Assembly (NCBI GenBank): GCA_905235495.1
Contig: CAJOMK010000017.1
Location: forward strand, 1-36,078
Reading direction: 5' to 3'
Length of the DNA stretch: 36,078 nt
Origin: an uncultured Methanobrevibacter sp.
Lineage (GTDB): Archaea > Methanobacteriota > Methanobacteria > Methanobacteriales > Methanobacteriaceae
In this document: positions 31,524 to 36,078 of the stretch, in pieces
Numbering within the stretch: position 1 is the stretch's first letter
Layout of the letters: every line of letters starts with the position of its first letter
Translations under genes and position numbers: made by a program
Notes under the pieces: model-generated
Seen by the model: only the letters and a program-made list of their open reading frames with translations
The model's database searches: none
Told to the model about the DNA's origin: nothing

Positions 31524-33008
31524 ATGAATGTTTTTAGAAGTTTTGCATATATTTTAAGTGATAGTGTAGTTCATGAAAAAGGTTATTTCTTTACAAATAA
31601 ACTTTTATGGGCATTATTCATTCCACTTTTAATTGAACAGGCATTGGAATTTTTTGTAGGTCTTGCTGACTCAACGATGGTTGCATCTCTTGGGGAAGTT
31701 GCAATTTCAGGTGTTTCATTAGTTGATTTTTTTAGTTCAGCTACTTATCTTCAGCTTTTCTGCACTTGCCACTGGAGGTGCTGTAATTGCAGGATAATGT
31801 ATTAGTGTCAATGACATTCGTGTTGGTGAAAAGGCCACTGGAGGTGCTGTAATTGCAGGATAATACTTGGGAAATGGAGAACCTGATAAGGCTTGTGATG
31901 CCTCTAATCAATTGGTGTGGTTTACAACCATATTGGCAATCATAATGACTGTGCTTGTCTTATTTGCAAAATCTTTTTTAATCAATACCCTATTTGGCCA
32001 AATAGATCAGGATGTCTTTGACACTGCAAATATCTATTTAAGTTATATGGCTATTTCTATTCTATTTATAGCTATTTTTAACTGTGGTGCAGCAATTTTT
32101 AGAACATTGGGGAAATCCATTTTGCCTATGTAGATAATGTTCGTTTGTGATATTCTGAATATTATTGGAAATCGTTTTGCTTTTTCTGATTTGGATTTGG
32201 AGTGGAAGGTGTAGTAATTCCAACAGTATTGGCAAGGGCTCTCGCAGCATTTATAATATTATATTATATGCTTCAAGAAAAGATATAAAATACCTATTAA
32301 AAGGACCTTAAAACATAGCTTTGATAAATCCTTGCTTAAGAAAGTATTGGATGTAGTTATTCCATATGGTATTGAAAATGGCCTTTTCCAATTAGGTAGG
32401 GTTTTGATTTTAAGTTTGGTTTCCACATTCGGTACAATGGCTATTGCTGCAAATTCGGTAGGTTATGCAATTGGAATATTTTCAGTCTTACCTGGTTTTG
32501 CAATAAATCTTGGTTTCACTGCGGTTATTTCACATTGTGTTGGAAACAATGATTATGAGCAGGCTAAATTCTATAATAAAAAGATATTGCTAAATGTTTT
32601 CCTTGCTCATCTGATTGTTAACTTAATCATATTTGCCTTGTTACCATATATTTTGCGGATATATGATCTCTCTCCAGCAACTGCTGCCATGACATCTGAA
32701 ATGGTTATTTGGCATGGCATTTTTGCAATATTGATTTGGCCGATTGCATTTACTTTACCTACCCTGTTCAGAAGTGCCGGTGATGCAAGATGGCCTATGG
32801 TAGTTAGCTTATCCGTGATGTTCATTTGCAGATCGGATCGGCCTATGTGATTGCAGACTTCATGGGATTAGGTGTATTCGGAACATGGATTGCAATGTTT
32901 ATAGATTGGTATGTGAGAGCAGGGTTCTATATCTACAGATATTTCAGTGGCAAATGGATGGAATATAGGGCTGTAGGGGAAAGTTCTTCACTTGGAAATC
33001 AACGCTAA
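31524..33008 (+). pseudogene. MATE-family efflux transporter, multiply disrupted
   Basis: PLLIEQ..VGLADS.MVA.LGE.AISGVSLVD, ALATGGAVIAG*YLG, GIENGLFQLG, FRSAGDA; several frameshifts, TAA and TAG nonsense codons, 66-bp insertion. Confidence 0.92.
31768..31864. repeat. Perfect 31-bp direct repeat flanking a 35-bp unrelated insert
   Basis: GCCACTGGAGGTGCTGTAATTGCAGGATAAT at 31768-31798 and 31834-31864; insert GTATTAGTGTCAATGACATTCGTGTTGGTGAAAAG. Confidence 0.95.
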
Positions 33009-33093
33009 ATGGCTACTTATATTGAGTATTACTTTATTTGAAAATAGTATTATTATTGATTAACTTTAAATATAAGTATATCTAAAATATTAT

Positions 33094-33222
33094 TAGCTGT
33101 TATTAAAACAGCTACGCTTTTTTTTTAAAATAAAGTGGTGATGTATGGTGTAAAAAGGGTTGCTTTTTAACAATTTAGAGCAGGTTTATGGTGGGCCTGT
33201 GTTTTAAAGCGCCCTTTTTTTA
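33094..33222 (+). ncRNA. Candidate small structured RNA upstream of dph5
   Basis: TTTAAATA box 33065-33072; stems TAGCTGTT/AACAGCTA, CGCTTT/AAAGTG, AAAAAGGG.TGCTTT/AAAGC.GCCCTTTTT with inner CAGGTTT/GGGCCTG; ends in oligo-T. Confidence 0.55.
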
Positions 33223-33350
33223 TTAATCTATTTTTACTTATTCTAATTAATTTATATTAATTTATCTTATTTTATCTTAGGTTAATTTAAAATTCAAAAG
33301 TTTATAATTTATTATTTATAATTCAGATTATATTTTCAAGAGATGGGATT

Positions 33351-34148
33351 ATGTTTTATTTAGTTGGTTTAGGATTATTTGATGAAAAGGACATATCATT
33401 AAAAGGAGTGGAAGCATTGCAGAAAGTGGATAAGGTATATGCTGAGTTTTTCACTTCACGTTTATTCGGTTCCAATTTTGAAGCTATTGAGTCAATAATA
33501 GCTAAGGAAATCATTGTTCTTGACAGGACTCAAGTGGAAGAGGAATCCATTTTTTTAAAGGAAGCAAAGGAGATGGATGTTGCATTGATTACTGGTGGAG
33601 ATCCTTTGATTGCAACAACTCATTCAGACTTTTTAGTGGAATGTGCAAGGGATGGAACAGAATTTGAAGTCATCCATGGTTCTTCAATCTTGTCTTCAGC
33701 ACCTGCAATTTCAGGTCTTCAGGCTTATAAGTTTGGTAAAGTAACCACTATTCCATTTCCGGATTTGGAGTATAATTATTTCCCTAAATCCCCTTATATG
33801 ACTATTGAAGAAAATTTGAAAATGGATATGCATACATTGGTTCTTTTGGACATTCAAGCTCATAAAGACAAGTATATGACAGTCAACAAAGGATTGGAAA
33901 ACTTAATGACAATTAAGGACAATCTTGACTATGAGGGTATGATTAATGAGGACACTTTAGCTATTGGTATAGCAAGAGTTGGATCAAAGGACAATCTTGT
34001 AAAAGCAGGATACATTAAGGATTTGATTGATTTTGATTTTGGTGGTCCTCTACATTGTATTGTCATTCCTTCTAAATTGCATATTGTAGAAGCTGAATAT
34101 TTGGTTGAAGTGGCTGGAGCTCCTAAAGAGATCTTAGATGATATCTAA
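33351..34148 (+). CDS. dph5: Diphthine synthase
   Basis: LVGLGLFDEKDISLKG, YAEFFTS, GDPLIATTH, SGLQAYKFGK, HTLVLLDI, DFGGPLH. Confidence 0.97.
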   Translation: MFYLVGLGLFDEKDISLKGVEALQKVDKVYAEFFTSRLFGSNFEAIESIIAKEIIVLDRTQVEEESIFLKEAKEMDVALITGGDPLIATTHSDFLVECARDGTEFEVIHGSSILSSAPAISGLQAYKFGKVTTIPFPDLEYNYFPKSPYMTIEENLKMDMHTLVLLDIQAHKDKYMTVNKGLENLMTIKDNLDYEGMINEDTLAIGIARVGSKDNLVKAGYIKDLIDFDFGGPLHCIVIPSKLHIVEAEYLVEVAGAPKEILDDI

Positions 34149-34170
34149 TTTTTTAAATTTTATTTTTTTA

Positions 34171-34271
34171 TTTTAAAAATAGTAAACTGTACTTATTTTG
34201 GATTGTAATGATTTTAAAAATAGTAAAATGCAGTATTTTTAGATTATAGTACTTTTAAAAATTGTTAAAAT
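34171..34271. repeat. Degenerate ~41-bp tandem repeat (about 2.5 copies)
   Basis: ttttaaaaatagtaaa...gattgtaatga / ttttaaaaatagtaaa...gattatagtac / ttttaaaaattgttaaa. Confidence 0.6.
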
Positions 34272-34921
34272 AGAAAAAAATAGAAAAAAATTGGAAAGAA
34301 CATAGTAGTTAGTTTGTTAGCTTCTAATCTTTTAAAAAATTTTTAAAATTTATTTTTAAAATATAAATCATAAAAATTCCGTTCACTATGTTCTTTATGA
34401 AAATTATTATAAAAAATTTATAATATTTTTCATTACCCAATGGATGTTAATCCTATACTTATTTTTATTCTTTTAATTAATAAATATTTTCATATTTTTC
34501 ACTATTTTTCATTAGAAAATTTTTAAAAATAAGTTAAAAAACTAAAATATTCATAAAAAATTAAAAATAGTCATAATATAAGAGAGTATTAATTATTATC
34601 TTTTTTAATAAATTAATAAAGTATTTATTTTAGTATTTAGGTAATTTGTATAAAGAATTTATACCTTGTATAAATAAAAGTTTTAAGGTAATTTATATAG
34701 GACTTTTAGAAAGATAATTGATTAATACCCTCTTAGATTAATATTATTGTTTAATAAATTATTTATTGGAGATTATAAATTTATTAAATACTGATATGTA
34801 AATATATACATATCGTATAATATTATGTTTTGTGGGTATATAAAATTTTCGCTTTGTTTCTAGATGTTTATTTTTTAGGATATGAATTTATATTTATTTC
34901 AAAAAGAGGAAATAAAAAATA

Positions 34922-35155
34922 TTATTTTTTATTTCTATTAGACCTTAATTCATATCTTTTCGGACTTCCTACATCTTCATGAGCTTGATTAATAATATAA
35001 AGGAAAACTCTCTTATTAAGGTTGTATTTTTTGGAAAATTTCTTATAAAGATAATATTTGCTTCTTCTGTTTCCATAATAGTCTATCTTTTCCAAGTATT
35101 CCTTTTTGATTTCTTCAATTGGACTTAGATTTTCTGGATTGTTTTTAGAGCTCAT
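34922..35155 (-). CDS. Hypothetical small basic protein
   Basis: 77-aa K/Y-rich ORF with AAGGA RBS-like motif. Confidence 0.55.
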   Translation of the reverse strand: MSSKNNPENLSPIEEIKKEYLEKIDYYGNRRSKYYLYKKFSKKYNLNKRVFLYIINQAHEDVGSPKRYELRSNRNKK

Positions 35156-35500
35156 GATTTGATTCCTTCTTTTTTAAAATCAGATATTTAAATAAATTTC
35201 ATTAAATTGATTAATTTAATGATTGATTTATTGATTAATTGAATTGATTTAAATAATTTCTATTATTTAATATGTTTATTGATTATATAAAATTTTCTTA
35301 GATTCATAGTAATGTGAGGGTTAAATCGATATTTGTATAATTAATACCACATATTTATATTAGATTAAATTAAATATTAATATGTTCTATGAAATATCAT
35401 ATTTTTTAAAAATCTTCTTTTAAATTTAATATTTCATAAACTTATGATTTTTAATCGGTTATAATTAATTTTATAATTATATTGATTAAGGATTGATTTA

Positions 35501-36078
35501 ATGGATTTAAACTTTGATTTTACAGAAAAAAGAGTAATACTCACAGTATTCTTCTGTATGGCTTTTACCATTGCAAACTTAATTACCGTTAAGATTATTA
35601 ATATTAACTTTTTCGGTATGGAAACTCCTGCAGGAGTTTTAATTTATCCTTTAGTATATATCTTAACCAATGTAATTGCTGATGTATATGGTGAAAAGGT
35701 TGCACAAAGAACCCTTATATTAGGTATTGCTGCTGACGTATTATTCGTATTTATGACTACTTTAATATTATTCTTGCCATCCCCAGATTTCTTTACTGGT
35801 GATGCAGCATTATCCTTTGTATTTACCCAAACCCCAAGAATTCTTGTAGCTTCATACATTAGTTACTTGATCGGTAACTTGGTAAATGCAAGATTAACCA
35901 CAATTGTTAACGAAGGTAAATCTTACGCATCCGGTATAAACTTATTGGTTCTTGCTTTCAGTGAATTTATTGACAACTTCGTTTTCATTGGATTAGCATT
36001 TGTTGGTGTTTACTCAGTTGTGGATATCTTAATAATGATTATCACTCACTGGATACTCAGTTTAATCTGGACTGCTAT
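35501..36078 (+). CDS. yhhQ: Queuosine/archaeosine precursor transporter, YhhQ (VUT) family (partial, runs off window end)
   Basis: Manual translation MDLNFDFTEKRVILTVFFCMAFTIANLITVKII...PAGVLIYPLVYILTNVIADVYGEK.A...PRILVASYISYLIG...SEFIDNFVFIGLAF; not in ORF track because it has no stop in the window. Confidence 0.9.
   Translation, partial: MDLNFDFTEKRVILTVFFCMAFTIANLITVKIININFFGMETPAGVLIYPLVYILTNVIADVYGEKVAQRTLILGIAADVLFVFMTTLILFLPSPDFFTGDAALSFVFTQTPRILVASYISYLIGNLVNARLTTIVNEGKSYASGINLLVLAFSEFIDNFVFIGLAFVGVYSVVDILIMIITHWILSLIWTA

Noticed and set aside
31768-31864. Functional CRISPR array
   Set aside because: Only two repeats, the repeat is MATE coding sequence, no leader or cas genes in the window; kept only as a possible integration scar
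33136-33160. Fluoride riboswitch or C/D box RNA (GGTGATG motif)
   Set aside because: Lacks the pairing partner and downstream conserved elements; no box D CTGA
35644-35859. Minus-strand 71-aa ORF
   Set aside because: Shadow of the plus-strand yhhQ-type gene

Overview
AT-rich chromosomal window of a methanogenic archaeon, most likely Methanobrevibacter (GGTGA-type ribosome-binding sites, TATA promoters, methanogenesis marker genes, adhesin-like remnant). Intact core genes: carA-carB, a DAACS transporter, a divergent paaK+ACT / Na+:solute symporter+small accessory protein locus, a PRC-barrel protein, pyrE, moaB, nob1, the methanogenesis-marker cluster mmp2 // mmp3-6-5-15-17 followed by a stand-alone nifB with no nitrogenase genes in the window, mtnA, trm5, dph5 and a partial yhhQ-type transporter. 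At least six accessory genes are broken by frameshifts, deletions or nonsense codons while long core genes are intact. Most notable: (1) nifB linked to the MCR-activation mmp genes; (2) an unannotated structured transcript between nifB and mtnA with two hairpin-sequestered RBS/start codons, a Phe-run micro-ORF and a 25-aa membrane peptide; (3) a 31-bp repeat / 35-bp foreign insert / 31-bp repeat inside a dead MATE gene, with the geometry of an ectopic CRISPR spacer integration; (4) two further promoter-plus-hairpin sRNA candidates flanking dph5. All family assignments are from motif recognition by eye; no searches were run.
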